A stretch of 64,000 bases of DNA from Opitutia bacterium (GTDB taxonomy: Bacteria > Verrucomicrobiota > Verrucomicrobiia > Opitutales > T3Sed10-336). This document shows positions 12,044-22,345 of the stretch, piece by piece. Below the pieces are notes generated by a model that was given only the letters and a program-made list of their open reading frames with translations, had not been told where the DNA came from and searched no databases. Location of the stretch: assembly GCA_050506795.1 (NCBI GenBank), contig JBJHCF010000015.1, positions 33,030-97,029 on the forward strand, read 5' to 3'. The position numbers and the translations under genes were made by a program. Position 1 is the stretch's first letter. Each line of letters opens with the position of its first letter.

Positions 12044-12874
12044 TTATTCGATTTCCACGTTCCCGGGTTGGGTGGTGGGGTTGATAAAGCGACACCCACT
12101 CAGCGTTTTTGCCTCCAGCATGGCTGCCTGCAAATAGGCCCTGGCACGTCCCACGGCTTGTTCGAGGGGGAGTCCCCGCGCGAGGTAAGCGGTGATCGCG
12201 GCGGAGAAGATACACCCGCTGCCGTGGGTGTTGAGCTCGGCAACCCGGGCGTACTCAAAAATCCGGGGATCGCCGCCAACGGTCACCAGGGCGTCGGTCA
12301 CCCGGTCACCCTCCAGGTGGCCCCCTTTCATCAGAACCGCGCAATTGTACTCGGCCGCGAGCAGCCTTCCCGCGGCGATCATGCCGTCCATATCCGCCGG
12401 ACGTTCCGCCAGGAGCACAGCGACTTCATCCAGGTTCGGGGTGATGAGCGTGGCCCGGGGAAGCAGCTCCGCTTTCACCGCCTCGATGGCGTCGGGTTGC
12501 AGGAGCACCGCGCCGCTGGTGGCGACCATGACCGGGTCGATAACGGTCTGGATGGAGGGGTTTTCTTGAAGGAAACCGGCGAACGAGCGGATGATTTCGG
12601 CTGAGAACAGCATGCCGGACTTCAGGGCCGCGATTCGAAAGTACCGCCCGACCTGGTCCATTTGCTCGCGGACAAAGGCCCCCGTGGCCGGAAACACCTC
12701 GGTCACCGAATCCGGATTCTGAGCTGTGAGGCAGGTGATGGCGGAGGCGCCGTGGACCCTGAGCGCGTTGAAGGTGGCCAGGTCGGCCTGAATACCGGCG
12801 CCGCCTCCACTGTCGGAGCCGGCGACGGTCATTGCGGTGGGAAGGTCGGAGGTGTGTTTTGATACTGACGGCAC
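12044..12874 (-). CDS. thiD: Hydroxymethylpyrimidine/phosphomethylpyrimidine kinase (start uncertain)
   Basis: AGSDSGGGAGIQADL, DPVMVATSG, THGSGC. Confidence 0.93.
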   Translation of the reverse strand: MPSVSKHTSDLPTAMTVAGSDSGGGAGIQADLATFNALRVHGASAITCLTAQNPDSVTEVFPATGAFVREQMDQVGRYFRIAALKSGMLFSAEIIRSFAGFLQENPSIQTVIDPVMVATSGAVLLQPDAIEAVKAELLPRATLITPNLDEVAVLLAERPADMDGMIAAGRLLAAEYNCAVLMKGGHLEGDRVTDALVTVGGDPRIFEYARVAELNTHGSGCIFSAAITAYLARGLPLEQAVGRARAYLQAAMLEAKTLSGCRFINPTTQPGNVEIE

Positions 12875-13018
12875 GACGGGAATTGAAAGCCCGACAGGGT
12901 AGCTTGGCAAAACGATTCCCTTTGGATTAACAGCCAACGCTCAATCATTCCGCAGGGCTTGGGCGGCCGCCTAAGTCCGACAGGATGCTCGGGTTTGCCA
13001 AACCGCAAAAAATCGGGA

Positions 13019-13501
13019 ATGGTGGGAGGCGTTGTGAACAATCGCAAAAATTCGCGGCAGATATCCGTTTACCGCCGGGGGCTCCTGGTCGTTCAATCCT
13101 GGTTGTTGCTGGCGGTTGGCATTCTGGTGGCCGCCGCCCTGATTCCGGGGATCCGCTACGATACCTTCGGCACTCTGTTGCTGGTGGTGGTTTTGCTCAG
13201 CCTGCTGAACGCTTTTCTCAAGCCGATACTGATGCTGTTCACGCTGCCATTCATTATGCTGACCATGGGCCTGGGCATCGTGATCATCAATGCGGTTTTG
13301 TTTCTGCTGGCCGGTTTGCTGGTGCCGGGATTCGCGGTGGACGGATTCGGAGTGGCTTTACTTGGAGCGCTGATTATCAGTGGGATAAATCTTCTGGTGA
13401 ACCTTATCCTTCCCCTTGAGGTTTCCTATCGGGCGACCCTGCGTCATCACCGGCAAACCCGGCAAAAACCGAAAAACGACGACGATATTATCGACATCTG
13501 A
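13019..13501 (+). CDS. YvlD-like 4-TM membrane protein ('phage holin family')
   Basis: LLNAFLKPILMLFTLPFIMLTMGL...VPGFAVDGF. Confidence 0.85.
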   Translation: MVGGVVNNRKNSRQISVYRRGLLVVQSWLLLAVGILVAAALIPGIRYDTFGTLLLVVVLLSLLNAFLKPILMLFTLPFIMLTMGLGIVIINAVLFLLAGLLVPGFAVDGFGVALLGALIISGINLLVNLILPLEVSYRATLRHHRQTRQKPKNDDDIIDI

Positions 13502-13546
13502 AGCGATCCTCTGTCTTATCGAATCTTTAAACACCGACAAAATATC

Positions 13547-14950
13547 ATGGCTGAAAACACGAATTACGACCTGGTGGTGATCGGCGGGGGACCCGCCGGC
13601 TACGCCGCCGCCATCCGGGCGGGGCAACTTGGCAGGAAAGTGGCCTGCATCGAATCGGAGCGCGCCGGCGGGACCTGTCTTAACTGGGGTTGCATCCCGA
13701 GCAAGGCGCTGTTGAAAACGGCGGAGCTGTATCGCAAGCTCCACCACTTGGAAGAGTTCGGCCTTTCCTGCCAGAAACCGAGCTTCGACTTTCAAAAGGT
13801 TATTGCCCGCTCGCGCTCGGTCTCGGATCAGATGGCCAAAGGCATCGAATTTCTTTTCAAGAAAAACAAGGTCGATTATGTTGTCGGTACCGGACAGATC
13901 AACGTGCCGGGCATGGTCGAAGTGACCTCCGGCCCCGATCAGGGGAAATTCTTCAAGACGGAAAATATCCTGCTCGCGACCGGGTGCCGGGCGCGGAAGT
14001 TGCCGGGGATCGAGGTTGATGGCGAGCGGGTTATGACTTCGCGCGAAGCGCTGGTGACCAAGAAGTTGCCCAAATCGATTACCATTCTCGGAGCCGGCGC
14101 GATCGGCGCCGAGTTCGCCTATTTTTTTAACGCTCTTGGCAGTGAGGTCACCCTGGTGGAGATGTTGCCGCAGGTCCTTCCCCAGGAGGACGCGGAGATT
14201 GCGCGCGTCCTGGAACGAAGTTTCAAGAAGCAGGGAATGACCGTGCATAAGGCCACCCGGCTCGAGGACGTCAAAGTTCTCAAGAACGAGGTCACCTACA
14301 CGTTGAAACCGGAAAAGGGCGACGCCGTGAAGGGCCGTTCGGAGAGCCTTCTGCTGGCTATCGGTGTGGTGCCCAATCTGGAGGGGGCCGTGTCGCCGAA
14401 AGCGCGCGTGGACCTGGACGACCGGGGTTACGTCAAGGTGGGCGACGACTACCAGACGTCGGTTCCCGGCGTGTACGCGGCCGGAGACATTATCGGACCT
14501 CCCTGGCTGGCGCATACCGCCACCTACGAGGCCGTCCAGGCGGTAAACGGAATGTTCGGCGAGGCCAAACCACGGCGGGTGACGCTTTTTCCGGCCTGCA
14601 CTTATTGTCAACCGCAGGTGGCTAGCCAGGGAATGACCGAACAGGCGGCCAAGGAAAAGGGAGTCGCCTACAAGGTCGGCAAATTCCCCTTCGCCGCCTC
14701 AGGGAAGGCGGTGGCGTCCGGTGATTCCGATGGTTTTATCAAGATTCTATCGGCGGAGGCCGACGGCGAGATCCTCGGCGTTCACATCATCGGCGCCGAG
14801 GCGACGGAGCTTATTGCCGAATACGGTCTGGCAATGTCGCTGGAGGCCACGGCGGAAGAGATTCACGCCAGCATCCACGCCCATCCCACCTTGTCGGAAG
14901 GTCTCGGCGAAGCCGCCGCCGCGGTCAGCGGCGAAGCGATTCATATCTGA
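13547..14950 (+). CDS. lpdA: Dihydrolipoyl dehydrogenase
   Basis: GGGPAGY, GGTCLNWGCIPSK, HAHPTLSE. Confidence 0.96.
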   Translation: MAENTNYDLVVIGGGPAGYAAAIRAGQLGRKVACIESERAGGTCLNWGCIPSKALLKTAELYRKLHHLEEFGLSCQKPSFDFQKVIARSRSVSDQMAKGIEFLFKKNKVDYVVGTGQINVPGMVEVTSGPDQGKFFKTENILLATGCRARKLPGIEVDGERVMTSREALVTKKLPKSITILGAGAIGAEFAYFFNALGSEVTLVEMLPQVLPQEDAEIARVLERSFKKQGMTVHKATRLEDVKVLKNEVTYTLKPEKGDAVKGRSESLLLAIGVVPNLEGAVSPKARVDLDDRGYVKVGDDYQTSVPGVYAAGDIIGPPWLAHTATYEAVQAVNGMFGEAKPRRVTLFPACTYCQPQVASQGMTEQAAKEKGVAYKVGKFPFAASGKAVASGDSDGFIKILSAEADGEILGVHIIGAEATELIAEYGLAMSLEATAEEIHASIHAHPTLSEGLGEAAAAVSGEAIHI

Positions 14951-15294
14951 TTGGATCCTGAGGACGGGAAGCTCCGTTATCATCCGACGGCCGACTGGAT
15001 GGCAGGCACGTTGTCTTCCAGTCACCGCTTTTTGGAGACGCGGAGCTTCCCCGAAGTCCCGAGCCGCAGGTGTTTCAGCAGGAAAGTTTGACCCAGAGCC
15101 AGATTTTTTTGCTATTTGCTTGCCTGCGGACCGGATTTGGGCACCATCGAGTTTGTTCTAGAGATTTGTCCGTTCTACTACCGAGAGGCTACCCGGTTTC
15201 ATTCAGGCATGGTGCTTGAATGGTTGGATTCCGAGAATCGAGGGCAGAGAGCGCAGCTAACCGAAACCAAGAAGACAAACTCTCTGCATCGATT

Positions 15295-15630
15295 ATGAAG
15301 TTATATGTTGGAAACCTGCCGTTTAGTGCCACCCGTGAGGATATCGAAGGAGTTTTTGAACCTTACGGACCGATCGACGACATTCATGTCGTCATGGATC
15401 GCGAGACCCAGCGTCCGCGTGGATTCGCCTTTGTGACCTTGGCTGAGAAGTCTCAGGCCATCAAGGCCGTCGAAGCATTGAACGAAAGTGATATGGGAGG
15501 ACGTAAGTTGGTCGTCAACGAAGCTCGGCCGCGTGAAGAACGTGCGCCCGGCGGTGGTGGTGGCGGTCGTCGCTCCTTCGGTGGTGGCGGTGGCCATCGC
15601 GGAGGAAACCAGGGTTACCGCGGACGTTAA
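15295..15630 (+). CDS. RRM RNA-binding protein with Gly/Arg-rich tail
   Basis: RNP2 LYVGNL and RNP1 RGFAFVT. Confidence 0.95.
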   Translation: MKLYVGNLPFSATREDIEGVFEPYGPIDDIHVVMDRETQRPRGFAFVTLAEKSQAIKAVEALNESDMGGRKLVVNEARPREERAPGGGGGGRRSFGGGGGHRGGNQGYRGR

Positions 15631-15655
15631 TTCCCGGCCTCGAACCTTTTACCAG

Positions 15656-15687
15656 ACGCCCTCCGGTATTCCGGAGGGCGTTTTTTG
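15656..15687 (+). terminator. Rho-independent terminator
   Basis: ACGCCCTCCGG-TATT-CCGGAGGGCGT followed by a T-run. Confidence 0.9.
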
Positions 15688-15893
15688 TGTTTGATATCCG
15701 GCCTGCCGGAATGGGACTCGCTTAAGGGCGTGGATCGAAGTCGCTTGGGCGCAACCGAATCGTATTCACTCTCCTCGTGTAGGTCGGTGCGTCACATAGG
15801 ACAATTCCGAGATTGAGACGCCGAGTGAAATGCGGCGAACTTCGCGAATTTCGAGGCCTCGGCGTACGCCATGATTTGGGTTTGGGAGAAGTC

Positions 15894-16472
15894 CTATCGT
15901 CGCTTCCACACCTGCCAAAACTCCATGCCGGCAAAGATCGGAAGCGGATCAGAACTGGGACGGCTTACCAGCAGATCAAAATCTTCCAGGAAAGCGGTCC
16001 GTTCTTTTTCGGGAGGCATCGGATACGGCGGCGGATCTTCCTCTTCGCCGTATAGAAAGTATCCCATCAACAATCCACCCGGTCGCAAGAGTGATTGAAC
16101 CCGCTTCGAATATTTCATTGCCAGGTCCGGTGGCAGGGCGCAGAGAAACGTCCGCTCGTAAATCGCGTCAAAGGACGCCTCAGGTAACGGAGCTTCGAAG
16201 AAATCGGCTTGGCACAGGGCCTCCCCGCCGACATCTCCGAGAACCGACCTCGCTTGAATCACGGCCTCGTGGCTGAGCTCGACACCGATCGCCTCGTTCC
16301 CCCTGTCGAGTAATTCTCCGACCTCATAGGCCGACCCACACCCTGGAATCAAAACTCGTCCCAGGTTTCCGCTCTCTACCAAAAACGATCGAAAGTCCGC
16401 GGGGACACCTCCAAAGTCCCACGGTGTACGGCCGCTTTGGTAGCGCTCGTTCCAAAATGCTTCGTTGGTCAT
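15894..16472 (-). CDS. Thiopurine S-methyltransferase (TPMT) family SAM methyltransferase
   Basis: FWNERY..GRTPWD, VLIPGCG, YERTFLCALPP. Confidence 0.88.
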   Translation of the reverse strand: MTNEAFWNERYQSGRTPWDFGGVPADFRSFLVESGNLGRVLIPGCGSAYEVGELLDRGNEAIGVELSHEAVIQARSVLGDVGGEALCQADFFEAPLPEASFDAIYERTFLCALPPDLAMKYSKRVQSLLRPGGLLMGYFLYGEEEDPPPYPMPPEKERTAFLEDFDLLVSRPSSDPLPIFAGMEFWQVWKRR

Positions 16473-16512
16473 CGTTCTGTTCTCCGGCCGAGCAGCGTGG
16501 TTGATCAAGGAT

Positions 16513-17952
16513 TCAAGGGCTCTCCCGGATGACGAGGGCGCGGATTTCGGTCATGTCTTCCATGGCGTAGCGGACGCCTTCGCGGCCGATGCCGCTCTCC
16601 TTGACCCCGCCGTAGGGCATGTTGTCGACGCGCCAGGAGGGGACTTCGTTGATGAGCACGCCACCCACGTCGAGTTCATCCCAGGCGCGCATGGCGTTTG
16701 CCAGGGAGGGGGTGAAGATGCCCGCGTGAATTCCGTACTTGGCGTCGTTCACCCGCCGCAGGGCCTCATCGAAATCGGCGAAAGTGTCGATGACCGCCAC
16801 CGGCCCGAAAGCTTCCTCGCACGAGAGCGGCTGGTCGGGCGGTACGTTCTTCAGGAGGGTTGCCTCCACAATGGGTCCGTTGCGTCTTCCGCCGCACAGG
16901 ATCGACGCCCCCGCGTCGGTGGCTTGTCGTATCCATTTTTCCAGGCGGGCCGCTTCCTTTTCGGAGATCATCGGCCCGATGAAAACGTCCTCGTCCGACG
17001 GATCTCCCGATTTCAACTCGCGGGTGGCGTTCACCAGTTTTTCCTCAAACTCTTCGGCGAGCGATTCATGAACGAGTATCCGCTGGACCGATATGCAGCT
17101 TTGACCGGATTGGTAGAAGGCGCCGAAAATGATGCGTTTGACGGCGTCGTCGACGTCCGCTCCCCGGTCCACCACACAGGCCGCGTTGCCTCCGAGTTCC
17201 AGCACCACCTTTTTCTTCCCCGCCTTAGCCTTGAGCGCCCAGCCGACTTCCGGGGAGCCGGTGAAGCTGAGCAGTTTGAGGCGTTCGTCGGTGGTGAACA
17301 GCTCCGCTCCGTCGCGGCTGCACGGCAGAATGGAAAACGCTCCTCGCGGCAGGTCGGTTTCGGCGAGGATCTCCCCGATCAGCAGTGCTCCGACGGGAGT
17401 GCGGCTGGCGGGTTTCAGAACGAAAGGACAACCGGTCGCGAGGGCGGGGGCGATTTTGTGAGCGGCCAGGTTGAGAGGGAAATTGAAGGGAGAAATAAAC
17501 GAACACGGCCCGATCGGAACGCGTTTGGTCCAACCGCGGTACCCGCGGGTGCGGCCGCTGATTTGCGGCTCCAGCATTTCCCCTGAAGGTCGGACCGACT
17601 CGTCCGCCGCGATCTGAAAGGTGTCGATCAACCGCGTCACTTCCCCCCGGCTGTCCTTGATCGGTTTACCGGCCTCGACTCGCAGCGCCTGCGCCAACTC
17701 CTCGGCGCGCTCCTTGAAACGCGCCACGCAGTGATCGAGCACGGCGCGTCGGTCACACGGCGCCATGCGGGCCATCGCGGACGCCGCCTCCACGGCGGCG
17801 GAGATCGCGCGATCGATCGTGTCGGGATCGGCCAGGGGCACGCGGGTGGCGAGTTCGCCCGAATACTTGTCGAAGACCTCAAGGTCCTTATTTGGTGATT
17901 CGGGCCGGTTCGCGAGATAGAATGGATAAGTGGATTTCATTGATGCTGTCAT
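16513..17952 (-). CDS. Aldehyde dehydrogenase family protein
   Basis: PFNFP, FTGS, LELGGN, GQSCIS, EEAFGP. Confidence 0.95.
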   Translation of the reverse strand: MTASMKSTYPFYLANRPESPNKDLEVFDKYSGELATRVPLADPDTIDRAISAAVEAASAMARMAPCDRRAVLDHCVARFKERAEELAQALRVEAGKPIKDSRGEVTRLIDTFQIAADESVRPSGEMLEPQISGRTRGYRGWTKRVPIGPCSFISPFNFPLNLAAHKIAPALATGCPFVLKPASRTPVGALLIGEILAETDLPRGAFSILPCSRDGAELFTTDERLKLLSFTGSPEVGWALKAKAGKKKVVLELGGNAACVVDRGADVDDAVKRIIFGAFYQSGQSCISVQRILVHESLAEEFEEKLVNATRELKSGDPSDEDVFIGPMISEKEAARLEKWIRQATDAGASILCGGRRNGPIVEATLLKNVPPDQPLSCEEAFGPVAVIDTFADFDEALRRVNDAKYGIHAGIFTPSLANAMRAWDELDVGGVLINEVPSWRVDNMPYGGVKESGIGREGVRYAMEDMTEIRALVIRESP

Positions 17953-18092
17953 GTATGGGTTTTCTCCAATTTTGGCCCTTTGGCGACCAACACGATTTTT
18001 GTACCAGAAAAATCCCCGGAATGCGAATTCGAGTGGTCGATATTCTTGATCTGCTCTGGTTGGTGACCTCAATGGGTTGTGCCGGAATCCAG

Positions 18093-20357
18093 CTAGAATT
18101 TCATCCGCAACCCGGCCCGCGCGTGGCGGCCGGGGAGGGGGGCGAGGTCTTTGACGAACGACGTGTGATTGCGTGCTTCTTCGTCGAGGAGGTTTTCCAG
18201 TCGGAAGAAGAAATCCAGGGTGATATTCCGAAAGTCTTCGCGGTACCCGAAACCGCTCCCAAGCAGCGTGTATCCCGGGGTGGCCGTCTCATTCGCCGCG
18301 GTTTGACTTTGCCGCAGGACCCGCAGCAGGTCGGCCGAGGCGAAGAAACCGTTATGCTGCCAGAGGATCTCAGTGCCGAGTCTTACGGGAGGAATCCGCG
18401 GCAGCGGCTCGTTTTCGTCCAGATCGCGCGCCCGAATCCAGTCCGCCCGAAGGATCCAGTCCAGGGATTCGTCCGTTGGTCTCATCGCTTCCTTGAGCGC
18501 AAACACCACCTCGGCCTCGGCGCCGATAAACAGGGCCTCGGTCAATTGGTAGCGTGTCACATCCAGGAACTCGTTGCCTTCACCGTCGTCTTCCCGCCCC
18601 TGGAGAAAGGCGTCGTCCACCTCTTCGCGCCGTCGCAGGTCGAAGGTTCCATCCATATTCTCAAATGCGAGTTCGTCGGTTCGGCGCAGGCTGACGAAGT
18701 CGGGGAAAAACTGGGCAAAGCCTGTCAGCTCTCCCGATACCCGGCCCGCCTTCCGGCGCAACGCGGCGTCCAGACCGATCGAACGTTCCCGGTCGAAGTT
18801 CCCGGTTTCAAGGTGATCGCTGATCTCGAACGCAAAGGTGCCGACGTGCGGACCATCCGCGTAAAGCTCCTGGGCATTGAAGAGGCGTTCGGTGTAGCTG
18901 AGATTGATCGCCGCCTCATGATTCTCCACAAATTCGAAAATGACGCCCGCGGCCCCGCTGGCTCCTGTCTTTTGGTAGTCTGCCGGCCGCACGGGATCGG
19001 GGGACAACTCGTCGCGCTCGAACAGCTCCGGGCGGATGTGCTGCTGCTCGAGGCGGGCTCCAAATTGAAGGGTAATCGGGTCGCGCTGCCACTCCTGGAA
19101 GGAGAAAACACCGCCCTTCCAGGTCCGTGTCGGGCGCAGGAACGCTTCGGCGCCGGTCGCCGAAAAGCGGCTGTGCGCGGCGTCGAATCCCACTCCGCCC
19201 TCGATCTCCCCCAGGGGGCGGTGCGAAAGCTCCAGGCGCGAATCGAACCCCCGGTTGCGGAACGTGGTTCCGATCACGCCGTTTTCCAACTCGTGGTGAA
19301 CATAATCGACGGCGCCGACGCGAACATCCACCCGTTCAATCAAGCTACCACGTGTTTCGAACTCCGATTGCAGGTCAAGACGTTTGCGATCGAGGTCAAT
19401 GCTCACGAATTCATCGAATGCGCGGTCCACGATCAACCGGCCTTCGGCGTCGCGCCCGACCGCCATCTGTTCGACCTCCCGGCCGATCCCGTAGTCGGCT
19501 CCGAACCGGCTCACCGCCACCCCCACATAGCCGTTCTCTAAGAATCGACTGGCCCCGAAAAAGAATTCGTCGGTGTTGTTGTGGCTCTGTTCGAGCCGAC
19601 GGAAGGGCTGGTCCTCCCGCAGCGCCGGGTCAACCGCTCCGAATCCCGGTATCCTCAGATCGCCGCCGCGCCTCTTGAGCCCGCCAAACGCCAACGCGAC
19701 TTCGTCGCCGTTGATCTGGGTTCTGAACGCTCCGGTTGTGCCGCGATTGGAGCCGTCGGCCACGCCGGAAAAATCACCTTCCACATCCTGGGCACCCAGA
19801 GATCGCGGAATCATCGAATCGGTCACATTGACGACACCGCCGACCGCGCCGCCCCCGTACAGAAGGGCTCCCGGACCGCGTATGATCTCGACGCTCTCGG
19901 CCCGGTAGGGCTCGATCGCCACGGCATGATCGAGACTGCCGGCGGACGCGTCCACCGGATCCAGACCGCCCTGCAGGACCCGAACGCGGAAGTTGCTGAA
20001 ACCGCGCACAATCGGGCGGCTCGCTCCGGGAAAGTAGTTCGTGCTCGAAACTCCGGGCAATCCCGACAGCGTTTCACCCAGCGACTGATCCAGCCGCCGC
20101 TGCAGTTCCCGCTCCTCGAGCAGAATCACCGGCTGTGCATACTCGCCGGGACCTCGAGCCAGGGGACCGCCCAACACCCGGAGCGCCGGCAGATCGACTG
20201 CCTCGTTATCCCCTCGGCGTTCGCCATCCGGCGTTCCCGAAGCGCGAAACGTGTCCGTACGCCCCGCACCGGAGGGCTCAATTTCGTCCTCGGCAAACAC
20301 GACTCCGGAAGCCGAATACAGGAAGAACAAGATCAGGAAACTCAATCGAGCAATCAT
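18093..20357 (-). CDS. TonB-dependent receptor (ZnuD-like)
   Basis: Plug motifs SLGETL, ASRPIVRG, DHAVAIEP, IRGPGALLYG; C-terminal F. Confidence 0.9.
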   Translation of the reverse strand: MIARLSFLILFFLYSASGVVFAEDEIEPSGAGRTDTFRASGTPDGERRGDNEAVDLPALRVLGGPLARGPGEYAQPVILLEERELQRRLDQSLGETLSGLPGVSSTNYFPGASRPIVRGFSNFRVRVLQGGLDPVDASAGSLDHAVAIEPYRAESVEIIRGPGALLYGGGAVGGVVNVTDSMIPRSLGAQDVEGDFSGVADGSNRGTTGAFRTQINGDEVALAFGGLKRRGGDLRIPGFGAVDPALREDQPFRRLEQSHNNTDEFFFGASRFLENGYVGVAVSRFGADYGIGREVEQMAVGRDAEGRLIVDRAFDEFVSIDLDRKRLDLQSEFETRGSLIERVDVRVGAVDYVHHELENGVIGTTFRNRGFDSRLELSHRPLGEIEGGVGFDAAHSRFSATGAEAFLRPTRTWKGGVFSFQEWQRDPITLQFGARLEQQHIRPELFERDELSPDPVRPADYQKTGASGAAGVIFEFVENHEAAINLSYTERLFNAQELYADGPHVGTFAFEISDHLETGNFDRERSIGLDAALRRKAGRVSGELTGFAQFFPDFVSLRRTDELAFENMDGTFDLRRREEVDDAFLQGREDDGEGNEFLDVTRYQLTEALFIGAEAEVVFALKEAMRPTDESLDWILRADWIRARDLDENEPLPRIPPVRLGTEILWQHNGFFASADLLRVLRQSQTAANETATPGYTLLGSGFGYREDFRNITLDFFFRLENLLDEEARNHTSFVKDLAPLPGRHARAGLRMKF

Positions 20358-20468
20358 GCCGACCCAGATTTCCGGAGTTTCTTCGGGGGTCAATAAGAAT
20401 TTTGAGTAATCAAAATAAAAATTTATACTAGGATCATACTTGGCTGGTCCCCTCAATGCCACGGAAGG

Positions 20469-22127
20469 TTACGGCTCGCGTTCCAGGCGACCGCTTTCTT
20501 CGGGAATTTCGTGAAAGAGGGCGGAGACGTTCTGGGAGTAGTCAACCGGAAGATCGATCAGGTGAACGCCGCCCGCGGTGAAGGCTTTTTCGAGCGTGGG
20601 CGCGAGATCGGCGGTGGCGGCGATGCGGTGTCCGGCGGCGCCGTAGCTTTCGGCGTATTTGACGAAGTCCGGGTTGTTGAACTGGAGGCCGAAATCCTTG
20701 AATCCCATGTCGGCCTGCTTCCAGCGAATCATTCCGTAGGAGGCGTCGTTGAGAATGAGAACGACCAGGTCGAGCCCGAGGCGGACGGCGGTTTCCAGGT
20801 CCTGGGAATTCATCATGAAACCGCCGTCTCCCACTACGGCGAGAACCCGTCGGTCGGGGTGAACGAGTTTCGCCGCCATGGCGGAGGGGAGTCCGGCCCC
20901 CATGCTGGCGAGGGCGTTGTCCAGCAAAACGGTGTTGGGACGGCGGGCCATGTAGTTGCGAGCAAACCAAATCTTGTAGATGCCGTTGTCGAGCGCGATG
21001 ACGCCGTCGTCGGGCATGACGTCGCGCACCACTGAGACCAGATGCTGCGGGAGTACGGGAAAGCGGTCGTCGTCCATGTCGCGGCAAGTGTGTTCGCGCA
21101 GGGCGGAGGCGACTTTTTCGAAAAAGGAAAAGTCCCAGTGCGCCTGGGGTTCGAGGGCTTCGTTCAACTGCCAGATGCTGTTGGCGATGTCGCCGATCAT
21201 CCCGGCCTGGGGGAAGTAAACCGAGTCGATCTCGGCAGACAGGAAATTGATGTGAATGACCTTGCGCGCGGCGTCGTTCATGAAAAAGGGCGGCTTTTCC
21301 ACGACATCGTGTCCGACGTTAAGAATGAGATCGGCGGCGGCGAGGGCGCGGTGGGGGAAATCCTTGTCGGAGACGGCGCAGTTGCCGAGGAAGAGCGGAT
21401 GGGTCTCGTCCACCACGCCTTTGCCCATTTGGGTGGTCACGAAGGGAATGCCCTGTTTGTCCACGAAAGCGCGCAGCATTTTCGCGGTCATTTTCCGGTT
21501 GGCGGCGGCTCCGATGAGGAGCACCGGTCGCTTGCTTTCGCGCAGCAGGGTGAGCGCGCGATCGAGCGCCTTCCCTTCGAGAATCGGACGCCGGGCTTGA
21601 CTCAATTGAATCGGTTCGGCGGTGACCTCCTCACGGGCGATGTCCTCGGGCAGTTCAATGTGCACGGCGCCGGGGCGTTCCTCCTCGGCGAGCCGAAAGG
21701 CGTTGCGCACGCGTGCGGGGATGGCGGCGCCGCTGATGATCTGGCGCGTGTATTTGGTGATGGGCGTCATCATGTCCACCACGTCGATGATCTGAAACTG
21801 GCCCTGCTTGCTCGTCTTGATCGGCTTCTGGCCGGTGATCATGAGCATGGGCATGGCACCGAGCTGGGCGTAGGCGGCGGCGGTGACCAGGTTCGTGGCG
21901 CCGGGCCCGAGGGTGGCGAGGCAAACGCCGGTTTTGCCGGTCAGGCGACCGTAGGTCGCGGCCATGAACCCGGCGGTCTGCTCGTGGCGCGTGAGGATGA
22001 GTTTGATCTTCGAGCCCGAAAGGGATTCCAGAAAATCGAGGTTTTCCTCTCCGGGAACGCCGAAGATGTAGTCCACGCCCTCGTTTTCGAGGCAGCGGAT
22101 AAAGAGATCGGAGGCTTTTTCGGGCAT
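20469..22127 (-). CDS. Acetolactate synthase large subunit-like ThDP enzyme
   Basis: FGVPGEEN, RHEQ, TLGPGATN, GDGGFMMN. Confidence 0.92.
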   Translation of the reverse strand: MPEKASDLFIRCLENEGVDYIFGVPGEENLDFLESLSGSKIKLILTRHEQTAGFMAATYGRLTGKTGVCLATLGPGATNLVTAAAYAQLGAMPMLMITGQKPIKTSKQGQFQIIDVVDMMTPITKYTRQIISGAAIPARVRNAFRLAEEERPGAVHIELPEDIAREEVTAEPIQLSQARRPILEGKALDRALTLLRESKRPVLLIGAAANRKMTAKMLRAFVDKQGIPFVTTQMGKGVVDETHPLFLGNCAVSDKDFPHRALAAADLILNVGHDVVEKPPFFMNDAARKVIHINFLSAEIDSVYFPQAGMIGDIANSIWQLNEALEPQAHWDFSFFEKVASALREHTCRDMDDDRFPVLPQHLVSVVRDVMPDDGVIALDNGIYKIWFARNYMARRPNTVLLDNALASMGAGLPSAMAAKLVHPDRRVLAVVGDGGFMMNSQDLETAVRLGLDLVVLILNDASYGMIRWKQADMGFKDFGLQFNNPDFVKYAESYGAAGHRIAATADLAPTLEKAFTAGGVHLIDLPVDYSQNVSALFHEIPEESGRLEREP

Positions 22128-22345
22128 GGTGGATTCGGTTTCGTGAATGGCTCGAGCATTGGGTGAAAGAATCAAGGCACTCTATCATTAAACCCGTTCG
22201 AAGTCATGAGGAATGAAAGAACCTTATGGCCGCGGACTATCGCCCGATAAACCGGTTCAGGGACTTTTCATTTGCTCCAATTAGAAGTCTTATTGTCAAA
22301 AATAAACTTTTGACGACTCAAAATAAAAACTTTCAATATGGACGA

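Noticed and set aside
13019..13501. Prophage suggested by a 'holin' family gene
   Set aside because: YvlD-like genes are common chromosomal genes, and there are no phage genes nearby.
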